Shown here in pieces: positions 1 to 12,118 of a DNA stretch of 64,000 nucleotides (position 1 is the first letter of the stretch; each line of letters opens with the position of its first letter). The notes under the pieces were generated by a model. That model had not been told where the DNA came from and ran no database searches. It was given only the letters and a program-made list of their open reading frames with translations. This stretch comes from Eledone cirrhosa (taxonomy: Eukaryota). The DNA is taken from NCBI GenBank assembly GCA_964016885.1, contig OZ024742.1, positions 184,326,001 to 184,390,000 on the forward strand. The letters run 5' to 3'. Position numbers and translations under genes: made by a program.

Positions 1-1060
1 CGCTACTAACTGCGACCAGGGAAACGATCCAAGGGGAACTACTTCGCCAGTAGTTGCTCCTTACGAGTAGAGGCGCTGCCCGTGGTGGAAGCTTTCGTGA
101 GGGGAAAGCCACAGCGAGCCCTCGTGGATATGGGCTGTATGACGACACTGGTGACCGCGGGGGTGGCACAGAGGTGGAGAGGGAAGAGCAGCGTAAGGGC
201 AGTCGACGGCAGGAAAATTGAATGCTGAGGTCGCAGCAAGGTGGAGATGGCGGTACTGGGAAGGAAAATAAGGCTTTCTGCCATCGTAGTTGACAACATG
301 GTGGATGGGATCGGCGTGGTTATGGGCATGGATGCAATTGACCGTCTAGGAGGCGTTACAGTGAACAACGTCGGTGTGTCGTTTGGCGGCGCTGCATCGG
401 TATGCACTGTGAGTACACGACAGGAGAACCAGAAGGCCCACGAGGAGAAATACCCCGCTTACACTGTGCAGGACAAAGACTTCAAGGTCGTGTTCGATGG
501 GTTGTTGAGTGGTACTGGAAGGGAGAACCACCAACACTGAAGACCAAAGTGGGCTGCTATCAACACACATTGAAGGGAGACATTAGGAGCGAGTTCGAGC
601 GAGAGGTAGAGAGATGGATTGAGGAGGGCATACTGCTTCCCTGGAAAGAGGAGGTGAAGTGCGGAGTATTGCCGTTAATGGCGGTGGCACAACCCACGAA
701 GAACAAGGTGAGGCCGGTGCTGGACTTTCAGGAGCTGAACAAGCACGTGTCATGCCACACGGGTGGCGAGGTCACGGATATCTGTGGGGAAACCCTGCAT
801 GAGTGGAGACGCATGACGAGGGGTTCAGCAATCATAGATCTAAAGTCAGCATACTTGCAATTGCATATAGATGAGAAGCTCTGGCAGTATCAGCTGGTCA
901 GGTATAAGGGCCGGACATATTGCCTGACCAGGCTCGGTTTTGGGAAAGGCCGACAAGATGAAGGGGGCCACTAACTCCTACATTCACAACATTTTAGTGG
1001 ACGAGTCTGTAGTGTCGGCGGCGAAGGTCACGAGCTATTTACAGGGGTATGGACTGGCTG
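1..1060 (+). mobile_element. Ty3/Gypsy LTR retrotransposon fragment (aspartic protease + N-terminal RT), degenerate
   Basis: + frame reads LPVVEAFVRGKPQRALVDMGCMTTL (retropepsin D-x-G). It is followed by RT motifs PLMAVAQPTKNKVRPVLDFQELN, IIDLKSAYLQL and YCLTRLGFG. Stops and frameshifts are present, and it is a GC-rich island in AT-rich DNA. Confidence 0.85.
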
Positions 1061-1366
1061 CGTGCTCGACCGGAAGAGTGCTTGATCGGAAGGGTGCTTG
1101 GCCGGAATGGTGCTCGACCGGAAGGGCCAGCAGATCGATCTCTCTCTCTAGTGGTGACCAGGAACGGTGTTGACGCGAGCTTGGCAGCTCCCGGGTGTTA
1201 ATGAGTTGGACGCACGTGGAAGAGGAGAAACCAGCCTTGGGATTTAGCGGGGCCTATGAAAAGCGGTAAGTGAGATAGCTTTTTCTAACCACAGGTAGTA
1301 CAAAGTTATGATTGAGTATGCAAATGAGTGTCCGAAAAGTTGAAAAGATAACGGTTTAACCTTTGC

Positions 1367-1530
<164 letters not shown>

Positions 1531-1741
1531 TCCTCCCCCACCATTCTTTATTCTCATCTCCTCCTCTTCCTTACCTTCCCCCTATGTTGATTTAAAACTT
1601 CACTATTCACAAGTGTTTTTTAAGCTTCATATCATGTATCCCTATTTTATCTGATGAGAATGCAGATATCATCCCATGATGATATTTGTTTTTGAAATGC
1701 GCATAATAAAATACTTGGAACTCTTTTAACCATCTTTTGAT

Positions 1742-1796
<55 letters not shown>

Positions 1797-1810
1797 ATAT
1801 ATATATATAT

Positions 1811-2018
1811 AGGAACGAGTAGGACCCCAACGGCTGAGCTCAAGCCGTTTCGACGGCTAATTCTGGACTAAATTGTTTAGTCCAGAATTAGCCGTCGAAA
1901 TGGCTTGAGCTCAGCTGTCGGGGTCCTACTCGATCCTATTACCCACTCTACTACCCTAAGTATTGAGTACTTTGGTGCGTTATGGTCCATCTGGTTCCTT
2001 ACCACATTTCCTTCATTA
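1811..2018. mobile_element. Penelope-like pLTR remnant forming a 62-bp-arm fold-back
   Basis: Arms 1811-1872 and 1876-1937 with a 3-nt loop. The sequence is highly similar to the terminal repeat of the GIY-YIG element at 22746-22886, and both sides are flanked by (TA)n. Confidence 0.8.
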
Positions 2019-2127
2019 TATATATATATATGTGTGTATATATGTTTCTTTAAATGACCTTGCAGAGTAGCCATGATCATTTTAGGTTACTGTGTTCTGA
2101 CACAGTCTGTTAAAATACTAGATTTTA

Positions 2128-2214
<87 letters not shown>

Positions 2215-2396
2215 CAATGGTAATAATATAATACAACAGCACAGTTAAACTTTAACTACATTCCAACTGTTTACTAATCTAATACACACGCACACACACT
2301 CACCCATATTCTATTACCCACATGCACACCTCTAGTCTAATACACATACACCCTACTCTCAAACACACACATACACATTCCTAGTGTAACACACTC

Positions 2397-2611
2397 ACAA
2401 ACCCTGGCAGAGCCCAGAGCAGTGCTACTGTTTAAAGATCTATCATACACACATATATACACCCTTAGCCTGTCTCACACATGCACACACACATACACAC
2501 ACACACACACACAAACCCTGGCAGAGCCCAGAGCAGTGCTACTGTTTAATGATCTATCATACACACACATATACACCCTTAGCCTGTCTCACACATGCAC
2601 ACACACATACA
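2397..2611. repeat. tandem duplication of a ~100-bp unit (offset 114)
   Basis: acaaaccctggcagagcccagagcagtgctactg... occurs at about 2397 and about 2511. Confidence 0.9.
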
Positions 2612-2652
2612 TACCCTGATAACTTGAAATATCAAAAGCCAAATGTGTATAC

Positions 2653-2745
<93 letters not shown>

Positions 2746-2821
2746 AAAGTAATAACAAATAACAAAACAAACATCACAGTACATGGAAAAAATATATTTG
2801 TTTAACGCTTGCAATATGTGT

Positions 2822-3105
2822 ATGTGTGGCCGGTGCTCTGGTGCAATAAGTAGCAGCAAGTGCCCACAAAATACTAGCTCTTTCAATTGCGCAGAGGGTT
2901 CTATAGAAATAGTGAACAGCTTCCGTTACCTGGGTGACAAAATCAGCAGTGGGGGAGGGTGCTCTGAAAGTACAGTAGCCAGAGTCAGAACTGGATGGAA
3001 AAAGTTCAGAGAGCTTATACCACTATTAGCCGCTAAAGGGTTCTCCCTAAAAATGAAAGGCAGGTTGTACGATGCCTGCATACGAACAACAATGTTGCAT
3101 GGCAG
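2822..3105 (+). mobile_element. internal RTE fragment (end of PHD + post-RT region)
   Basis: CGRCSGAISSSKCPQNTSSFNCAEGSIEIV...FRYLG...ACIRT is near-identical to the full-length RTE at about 40197-40478 on the opposite strand. Confidence 0.9.
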
Positions 3106-3365
3106 CAATAATATTGTATATATATATATATATATATATCTACATCTAAGGCGGGTAAAATTCCCGAGATCCATGGACGAGTTCTCTCCAGCGGTCTCTG
3201 TCCCTCATTATCGCTGCCATATCCTGCATCTCCAACAGACCAGTGTCTGTCCTTAGGATAACATATATATATATATATAGTAATAATAATAAATTTGAAG
3301 ACTAAAATCCAAAGTGGGCTCAATAAGGATAAATATATATCAAATATATAAGAACCCTAGAGCAA

Positions 3366-3502
3366 ATATTTATTAAAATAACAGATTAAAGTTTAAGCAA
3401 AGAATTGCTGCTTTCACCCTTAACGGGATCATCTGAAGATCCCGTTAAAGGTGAAAGTAGCGATTCTTTGCTTAAACTTTAATCAGTTATTTTAATAAAT
3501 AT
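3366..3502. repeat. 65-bp-arm inverted repeat with hammerhead-like core (probable Penelope remnant)
   Basis: Arms 3366-3430 and 3438-3502 with 4 mismatches. CTGAAGA at 3433 ... GAAA at 3453. Confidence 0.75.
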
Positions 3503-3514
3503 ATATATGTATAT

Positions 3515-3856
3515 GGAGGCACATGGCTTAATGGTTAGAGCATTGGACTTGCAATCGAAAGGTTGTGAGTTCAATTCTCAGACCAGGTGATGTGTTGTTT
3601 CCTTGAGCAAGACACTTTATTTCACATTGCTCCAGTTTACTCAGTTGCAGAAATGAGATGATACAGACTGGGGTCCATATCATTCCACTGCAAAGTGGTC
3701 ATGGAGGTGCCACGGCAAAAAAGCACCCAGCACTCACTGTAAATGAGGTTGGTGTTAGGAAGGGCATCCAGCTGTAGAAATCAAGCCAGAATCAATTCCC
3801 GTCCCACCCTTGCAAGCAGGGAAAAACGGACGTAAAATGATGATGATGATGATGAT
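3515..3856 (+). mobile_element. tRNA-head SINE with V-domain-like core and RTE-derived 3' tail; copies at 25853-26196 (+), 32814-33151 (-), partial 36265-36380 (-)
   Basis: A box TGGCTTAATGG and B box GAGTTCAATTC, then core ccttgagcaagacact. The tail ttaggaagggcatccagctgtagaaa...ggacgtaaaa(TGA)n is shared with the RTE 3' ends. Confidence 0.88.
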
Positions 3857-3955
3857 ATATATATATATATACATAAATACACACACACACATATACATAT
3901 ATATATATACACACACATATATATGTATGCACACAAGCATACACACACACATAAA

Positions 3956-4349
3956 TATGAGGCCTGTCGAAAAAGTATCCAACTTTAGTTTTCTCCTGGC
4001 AAGTAATAATTGTTTTTACTTTTGGCACAAGACCAGCAGTTACCCCAGTGCATTACTGGTGCTTTAACGCATTTCGCTCGTTAGCTAGGCTTACTATTCT
4101 CCACACATGGCGTCTTCTGACTTCTGCTTGTTCCCCAAAATGAAGACGCTACTGAAAGGCTCTTATTTTGAGAGCCAAGAGGACATCATACACACTGCGA
4201 CAGCAGGGCTAAAAGCCATTCAAGACATGCTTTGAAGAGTGGAAGGGTCACTGGCACAAAAGGTCTACATAGAAGGAGATTAACAATTGAACTCCACCTA
4301 ATACATCATTTTTTTACCCTGTCTAAGGTCAGACATTTTTTCAACAGAC

Positions 4350-4355
<6 letters not shown>
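3956..4355 (+). mobile_element. internally deleted mariner element
   Basis: Imperfect TIRs tatgaggcctgtcgaaaaagtatcc / gacattttttcaacagaccacata. Residual peptide YSPHMASSDFCLFPKMK..LKG is the mariner YSPDLAPSD motif. Confidence 0.8.
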
Positions 4356-4384
<29 letters not shown>

Positions 4385-5250
4385 TCACTCACACACCCAC
4401 ATATATATATGTATGTAAAAGGTAAACTGAAATAACAACACAATCGGTACAGTATACGGAAGGGATATATTAGGTTAACACTTGATATAGCAAGAAGAGG
4501 GTCTTAACGTTTCGGATGCACAGTGGCATACAGATGATACATTATGTCTACCACCCAAGTAAGCTATAGTAGGATTTGTACTCAGAACACAAAGAACCTG
4601 AACAAATACCACAAGGCATCATGCCCATCACTGTAACTATTTCACTAATCCACCACTGTGGACTGGTATTTTATCTTACCCACCTCAAAAGGATGATGAA
4701 AGGCAAATTTGGCTTTGGTGACATTTGAACTCAGGGCATAAAGGCCCAGAAGGAATTCAGCAAGACATTTTGACCTATGTTCTAACTACTCTGCCAATTA
4801 CTGTAGCCTATTTGTGTTGCAGACTTCATCCATTGACAGATTTAACACCAATTGCCCTTGGATATCTTTAGCATAGTCCACTCTATTTCAAGCACTAGGG
4901 TCAGATGCCGACTATGAGGATCCCTCCTCCCTATCAGTCATGCTAAAGGTTAAAGTAATTCTCAGAGAGATTCACTGTGACAAAGCTGGTCATTTGAGTT
5001 ACAGCTATAGTTCATCTGGCAGGCTTCCAATCAATTTACATCTACCCAGTTTTACTCACAAGGCATAGGTCCACCCGAGGCTATGATAAATGACACTTGC
5101 CAATGAAGCCATGTAATGGGATTGAACTCAGGACCTAATGATTGCTAATTTAACCACTCTATCATCAAATTGACTCACTTCCTCTTACCATTTTATTCCA
5201 TTTAGCATTTTTCCATTTTTGTCACTCAACCATATCTACTTAAATCTTAA

Positions 5251-5450
5251 CCCTTTAGCATTTAATCTGGCTGTATCCCAAAATTCTCTCACCTCTTTCT
5301 GTTCAATTTGGCTGTAACTGGCCACTCATACTGATGTTAAGACATTGTTCACAAAATAAATAATATCAAGATCTCATAGATTCGATATTATATGAGATAA
5401 AGCCTTTACTGTGAAAATACAATAGTATATTGTATGTAAATGTTAAAGGG
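5251..5450. mobile_element. piggyBac-type MITE; copies at 10231-10451 and 55716-55936
   Basis: TTAA|CCCTTTAGCATTTA ... TAAATG(C/T)TAAAGGG|TTAA termini, with the internal sequence shared by three copies. Confidence 0.85.
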
Positions 5451-6876
5451 TTAAAAATGAGGAGCAGGCATCCCTCCCCAGTTTAAAAATTACTGATGCA
5501 AATATATAAAACTCAATAGGAATGTCGACTATATATAGATATACTACATGTATTCCAGTTTTTAGAGTAGATACACAGTATCCCTGCATGTTGTGAGAGG
5601 CAACTAAAATTGTTAATATTTAGAAAGACATTACATCCAAAAGTCCTGTTCATCCTATGCCAACATGGAAAAGTGGCTGTAAAAATGATGACAACGATGA
5701 TAATGGCAATGATGATGATGACTAAAAAAAAAAAAAAAGAAGGCTAAAAGAATAAAAATGTAGCTGATGGGAGAATAACTCTGTTCCCATACTGTTTCCT
5801 ATGAATGATTTCCTTTATCAGACATAGCTTTGTGATGTATTATGTGTAGAGGATATGGGTTGTAGAAGAAGAAGAATGGCCTCTATTCGTCTTCGTATAT
5901 TTCTGCTCTAATTCAGCCCAGTATAACAGATGTTCACTCCATTATTGCTACTCATTCTTTAATTCATTTTTATAACTTGTCAACTATGCTAATATAACTT
6001 ATCTATTATAATTGTTTATACAGTTGTGGTGTCGTGCTTTATATATTCCATCTATCTCTCAAGGACAACGACTAAACTTATTGAATGTTTCATATGAATT
6101 GGTCTTTCAACAATTTGGTCTGTTTTCTTTATTAGAAATTTTCAAATTGTACTTGGTTGATTTTAAAAAGATTTGGGAAAATTTGAAATTTATATTTATG
6201 TGCCTCAATGCAAATGACCATAATAATTGTTTCTATGGTTGACACAGCTAATCTCAGTGGGATTTGAACTCAGGACATAAAGTGCTACCACAAAGTATAT
6301 TGTCCAATGCTCTATCAATACTGCCAATCCACTGCCAATGACCATAGTAATAATAGTCAATCATTATAAATAACAGTTGAGAAAATCAGGTTAAGTACCC
6401 CTGAAGATGGTAAAGAAAGTGAATAAAGGTGTCTACATGAAAAAGAACCCTGCAGTTCACATTCCTCCCAGCTGCCTCTGTCCATGTTTTACCCTCTCCA
6501 ATGGTAGTTTACCTGATTTTCTAAGTTATTATTTATTGTGATTGACTATTATTGTTATTATAGTCATTTGCATTGGGATGACAACATTTCAAATTGTCTT
6601 TAGTTATCAATATTCACTCAGGATCAGTTTATCTGTCTTCACCCAGTGCATTCACAGCATTGTGAAGAAAGGTTGGCCATGCACAGTGATCACAAACATC
6701 TGATGCAGATATTGTCAGCTAATCATGATTCCAATTGTAAACACCATATAAATGGACTTTAGATATTAGCTCAAAATCTGACTTAGTCATATCAATCAAC
6801 ATTTTCAGCTGTCTATCTTGATGTTCATGCCATCTCAGGAGTGATAAAACTACAAAGTGGTTGGCATTATAAACAA

Positions 6877-7223
6877 CTAGCTGACATACCCAGCTTCGCC
6901 CGGGTAAACAGATGATAAGAGAAGACAGGTAAAAGAGAAAATGACTGTATTGGATGTTTGTCTGGTTACAGTATGAGGCGAGTCCGTGGTGTCTGTGTGA
7001 TACAAAAAACAGTAAAAAATATCTTCCAGATATACCAGATTCTTCGTTGTACCGTTTGTGCATAGTATATGAACAATTCTAGGTGCTCCCACCTAGAATA
7101 GTGACCTCTAGGAGATGGTTCATCTTCTGCCTGACTGTAAAACGTGTATCAGTATCATTGCATAGACGTGGTTGTTCCACGTTTCTCAAAAGGATGATGG
7201 AAGTTCCAATCTTTTATATTAGA
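6877..7223 (-). mobile_element. non-autonomous Helitron
   Basis: Minus strand starts TCTAATATAAAAG and ends with hairpin ACCCGGGCGAAGCTGGGT followed by CTAG. It sits between A and T. Confidence 0.8.
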
Positions 7224-7256
7224 TGTAGATATAGATATAGATAATTAATATAAAAG

Positions 7257-7737
7257 ATGATGCTCAGCCAGTTCGTCTTCAACCATCGCAGCACGCCGTC
7301 GCTGCTTAGCTCCAGTGTTTCGTTGGCGTTGTTCAACCAGCTCCTCTTCATTCATGGCAGCATGTCTTCGCCTCTGAAGTTCGGCATTGCGATGGCGCTG
7401 TTCGGCCCGTTTTTCTTCATTCCTGGCTGCACGCCGTCACTGCTGTAGTTCACTGTTTGATAAAGTCGAATTGCTTTTACTTTCTGTGGAACGCTGCACA
7501 CACGCACACACACATAAACATACACGCCTGTACATACACACGCACACATGGTAATAGTTACAGCGTTCACTTTGCCTCTCTGTTTATTACTCCCCTCTCA
7601 CTCCCTCATTAGCATTATGCATATTAATTTAAGTTTGGTGTCGTTGAGGTGGGTGGAGTCGTTTGAAACCTATGAACCAATGATAATCAAGAATTATGAC
7701 ACACGGAATACTGACATTGTTGAAATTAATATATAGA
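7257..7737 (-). mobile_element. Helitron 5' fragment encoding 23-aa (STPR-like) repeats
   Basis: Minus-strand 5' end TCTATATATTAATTTC. Translation RAARNEEKRAEQRHRNAELQRRR/HAAMNEEELVEQRQRNTGAKQRR/RAAMVEDELAEH has a 23-aa period. Confidence 0.65.
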
Positions 7738-8155
7738 TAAGCAATTGTAGGAACCATGTCAAAATTGGAATGTACAAGTGAAATGTAGTCCTGAGACTCA
7801 TCTAGATGGGCAGTAACTCTGAATAAGAACTAACTCAGACTATGACAACCCATCCAATCCATGCTAGCATGGAAAGTAGACGTGAAATGGTGATGACAAG
7901 CAATACTGGGGAAATGGCAATGACTATGACAAAAGCTAAAATCCAGAAAAAGAAGGAATCAGATATTGAAATTTATCAAATTAAAATTCAATAATATACT
8001 GAAACTTTATTGTTGATTTGAATTAAAACTTCCATTTTTCTTTTTGATTTCTCTCCTACTTTGACTTGAAGTTTCCCTTCTTTGCCCCATTAAATTTTTT
8101 ATTGATTTGAAATTTCAAACTAAAGATAATCAAGTAAAGAATAATTTAAATATCA

Positions 8156-8345
8156 AATATACTCGAATATAAGCTTCCCCCCCCCCCCCACTATTTTATG
8201 TCTGAGAAATGGGCAAAAAATCCAAACCCCAGCTGAGGCAGTGAATCAACACACTGTTTAGAAGGGATATATAAGCCAACCCCTCCCATTTTACCATTGA
8301 TTTTTGGTCACATATTCCTTGGCTTATATTCAAGTATATACGGTA
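8156..8345. mobile_element. Tc2/pogo-like MITE; related element at 44495-44676
   Basis: TIRs atatactcgaatataagc / gcttatattcaagtatatacggta. The second element has tactgtatatacc...gcatatacagta. Confidence 0.7.
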
Positions 8346-8687
8346 AGTGGTATCCAAATTTCTTTTAAAGTGTTTATATTTATCATAATTTTCGGCAAGA
8401 ACATTTGTTATGTTATATTCTAAATACCAGATAATAAAGTTATATTACTAAATCCTTCCAAATTCTTTATTATTTTCAAAATTATTTGAAAATTATAAGC
8501 AGTATTTTTCTTTAGAAATAGAGTAATGTAATGTTTCAGGAAGTGAGTATCACTAAAACTACCTTTGTACGAACTATATTTTCAGAGGTATATTTTACAG
8601 AATTGTTTGCTAAATATTAATGTTTATTTATTTTACAGGTTAACTATATATACGTGAGTGTGTGTATTTGGGTGTGTCCATTGCAAA

Positions 8688-8925
8688 ATGACGAAGTCTT
8701 CAGAAAAACATTGGATTGAAGAACTATTTCCTCCTACTTTCCAGTATTCTGAAGATGATTTCAGTCTAAAATGTGACCCAAAATATACATCCAAACCATG
8801 TACCAAATGTCCTGGGATTACTGTAAGTGAACTCAAAGACATCTATCAGAAAGTAGCTGTATTAAACCTTGCTGAGAAAATAGAGAAACAGAAAAAACTG
8901 GCTGACATCAAACAACATGAACATG
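8688..8925 (+). CDS. CCDC160: CCDC160-like coiled-coil protein, coding exon 1 (exon begins at 8639 after acceptor ttttacAG)
   Basis: MTKSSEKHWIEELFPPTFQ resembles, from memory, the vertebrate CCDC160 N-terminus (KHWKENMFTPFF). The sequence is non-repetitive, and the donor G|GTAAC at 8926 is phase 1. Confidence 0.7.
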
Positions 8926-9181
8926 GTAACTTACCTTTTTTAATTTACTTTCTCAGGTACCATCTGTATATAATATAGGATGATAGTCATATATATTTAT
9001 ATTAAAAGCACCCAGCACACGTTGTAAATGTGGTTGGCATTAGGAAAGGCATCCACCTGTAGAAACCAAGCCAGAAACAATATATGAGCAAGACAGTCAC
9101 CTAACCCAACTTGCCTCTAATGGGAGAACCTGTCTAACCAATGGTAGCATGGAAAATGGTCATTAAACGATGATGATGATA

Positions 9182-9485
9182 ACAAAGGTACCCGGCAATA
9201 CCCTGGTATTTTATGAAAGAAACAATATATTTTGGCACATATTCCAATAAAATAGGATTATAGTATTTTCACTAAAGTAGGAATTACAGCAGAATTTTCA
9301 ATGTCAATTGTTCAATGCAAATCATCTAAATAAAAATATTAGTTTAAATGGATTGGTTGCTTTGTTACCATTATTTGTCCCATGGTGTAGTGAATATAAT
9401 TTTGTTGGTGTCTGTTCGCTAATTTCTGAGTTTTAGGCAGACACACAGAATCAAGAACTTTCATTTATATATGATATATACAGAG
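9182..9485 (-). mobile_element. degenerate non-autonomous Helitron
   Basis: Eroded 3' hairpin (tacccggcaataccctggta) and a Helitron-like 5' end (ttcatttatatatgata). Confidence 0.45.
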
Positions 9486-9539
9486 ATGAAAATGATATCT
9501 ATGTATATGTTTGTATATCATCATTTATAAATATATATA

Positions 9540-9990
9540 TCATCATCATCATCATTGTTTAACGTCCGTTTTCCCTTCTAGCATGGGTTAGATGAGTTGT
9601 CCCGTTGTGAGAAAAGTCAGATCAGGTGACCGTGTCTTGCTCATGCAGAACTGTTTCTGACTTACTTTCTACAGCTTGATGCCTTTCCTAACTCCCACCA
9701 TATTTTCAGTACTTCTTCATCGTGTCATCAGCATGACCACCATATAGGGTGCATTTTGTCATCTCACCAACACGACCACTTTACAGGGTGGTCTGGCTGC
9801 TTTTTGTTGTGTCATAAATACGACCACCATACTGGGTGGACTGAGTGCTTATTTGTCATGTCACCAACAGGACCACTTTACAGGGTGGATTGGGTGCATT
9901 TTGTCATGTAACCAACACAACCAGCTTACAGGTTGGAGTGGGTGCTTATTTGTTATGTCACCAACACAACCATTTTACAGGGTGGACTGT
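9540..9990 (-). mobile_element. RTE-type 3' end with expanded ~40-bp 3'UTR repeats (similar at 51235-51600, 16490-16790)
   Basis: (CAT)n followed by tttaacgtccgttttcc..gcatgggtt, then tandem accactttacagggtggactgggtgc units. Confidence 0.7.
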
Positions 9991-11904
9991 GCTTTTTATA
10001 AAACATCTCTAGCCCTCCCTACCTTATACTCACGCTCAAACATGTTTTGCCTTGGGACAAGGTTGCACCCCTAGTGCTACTATAAAATGTACCTGGTACT
10101 CCCTGGAAGTGGTTGGCATCCAACCAGTAACAACATAGAGTAGGTAGGGAGGGCTCTTCAGTCACATGAAGAACATAACAATCTCCCTAGTGCTGGTGCC
10201 ACAATAAAATACACTCTATACATCCTTTAACTCTTAAGCATTTACATTACTCTATATTTACTATTATATTTTCATGATAAAGGCTTTACCTCACATAATT
10301 ATCTTACATAATATTTAATCTATGAGATTTTGATATTATTTATTTTGAGGACAATACCTTAATATCAGTATGAGTGGCCAGTTACAGTCAGTTTGAACAG
10401 AAAGAGGTCAGAGAATTCTGGCCAGATACGGCCGGTTTAAATGCTAAAGGGTTAAAGTGGTTGGTGTTAGGAAAGGTATCCAGCTTTAAACCTATGCCAT
10501 AACTTGAATCTATGTAAGAAAACTGAGACACAAACCCCATCACACCCAAGAGAATAGTAAGTACTGACTTGGTCTATAACAAACTATTCAGCTGATGGAA
10601 AAACAGACATAAAATGATGATGATGATGATGATGATCCTAAGTATGGAATCATTCAATGAAGATGCTTTTAATTGTCCCAGTTCAATTAATCTAAATATT
10701 TAAAAACTTTTAGTAACATGGCATTCAAAGCAAGCTTATCATTACCATATCTTTATCTGGAACATGTAATCTTTAGCAAATGTTAATAATATTTTGTGTG
10801 AATAAAATTACTAATAACTAAATGTGTTAGCACCAGTAATAACTGATGTGAAGATATCTAACTAAGATAAGGTTGTAACTATACAACTTCAGACTTTCAG
10901 TTACCTTTGGCCAGGCTTAATCAACCTGGCCAAAGTAAAATGATACAAAACTAGATTTATTAAAAGAGGTCATTCATTCAAAAATAATTTAATATTGAGA
11001 ATTAGGATACAATTGAGGTTCAATTTTCAGTTGTTGAGAATTTTCATTTCATCAATTCAACAAACAATAACTTCTTTATCTATCTTGCACTTCCCCACTG
11101 TCTCCTCCTCATCCTCATCCTCCTCCTTGTCACCCCCCTCTTCATTAAATCAACATCATCATCATTGTTTAATGTCAGTTTTCACTGCTAGCAGTGGTTA
11201 GATATGTCATCATGAACTTCTAGTGGTATTCAAGTGGAGCCACTAAACTCTAGAGCACGCATCCTGTTTATATATATTCTTGTACTCAATTGATTATTCT
11301 GACAAGCCGGGGAGAGGAAGGGCACTGACATATGATCCCAGACTCTACCAAATACATTTTATAGTGACACCAACACAAAGTAAGTTGTCATGTCTTCGAC
11401 GCAGCTGAGAGTCCTGACCCTTTGTTTGGCAGATTTTTTACTGCTGGATGCCCTTCCTATCCCCAACTACTTGATAGAACGTACTGGGTGCATTTATCAC
11501 CCAGATCACATTCACTAGGAAGGTTGTCATGTCTATAGCACAGTTGATGAGTCCTTCTGACCTATTGTGGGCCATATTATTCATAAGGTTGACTAGATTA
11601 AAGCCTAAGGGCCACACAGGGACTAAGTACCCATCTATTACAATGTATTATTTGCATTATATTGTGATGCCAGGCCTCAAGAGGTTGCCATGTCCTCAAC
11701 TAAACTAAAGTGTTCTCAATTGACAACTACCTTGCAGAGTGTGCTGGGTACATTTTATCATGGCCTCAACACTAGAGAGGTTGCCTTGTCCCTCTGTTTT
11801 TTTCAGGCAAATGTGTGTATGTGTGGGGTAATAAAAAGAAAAAAAGTATAGATAAGAATGTGAATAGGGGAAACAGAATGCTAGAATGTTCATAATAAAA
11901 TATA

Positions 11905-12118
11905 ATAATGGTTTCAGATTTCAGCACAAGGCCAGCAATTTGGGGGGGAGGGGAAAGTCGATTTAATTGACTCCAGTGCATTACTGGTACTTTATTTTAT
12001 CGACCCTGTAAAGATGAAAGGCAAAGCTAACCTCGAGAGAATTTGAAGTCAGAACGCAAAGGGCTGTAACTCTATGCTGCGAAGCAGAGTGTCTGACGCT
12101 CTACCAATACTGCCAATA
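11905..12118 (-). mobile_element. Meta-domain tRNA SINE; many copies (12690, 28480, 32161, 33768, 33980, 37325, 45112, 45380, 46050, 50520, 52630, 54410, 57570, 59900)
   Basis: B box gagttcaaatc plus core aactttgcctttcatccttacggggtcgataaaataaagtaccag, with tail ggccttgtgccaaaagtagaaac(att)n. Confidence 0.85.

Noticed and set aside
3515-3590. tRNA gene (also 25853, 32161, 45380)
   Set aside because: The A/B boxes continue into a SINE core and tail, are multi-copy, and form no proper cloverleaf.
6340-6580. Another hammerhead fold-back (ctgaaga at 6401)
   Set aside because: Degenerate inverted arms are real, but there is no convincing stem II or GAAA geometry. It is likely an old MITE or PLE remnant.
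7257-7570. Host exon in the GC-rich ORFs 7257-7448 and 7352-7570
   Set aside because: The meaningful frame is a different minus-strand frame with 23-aa repeats and an in-frame stop, inside Helitron-like termini.
8926-8978. Read-through of ORF 8658-8978 past the donor
   Set aside because: The sequence turns T-rich and intron-like right after G|GTAAC.
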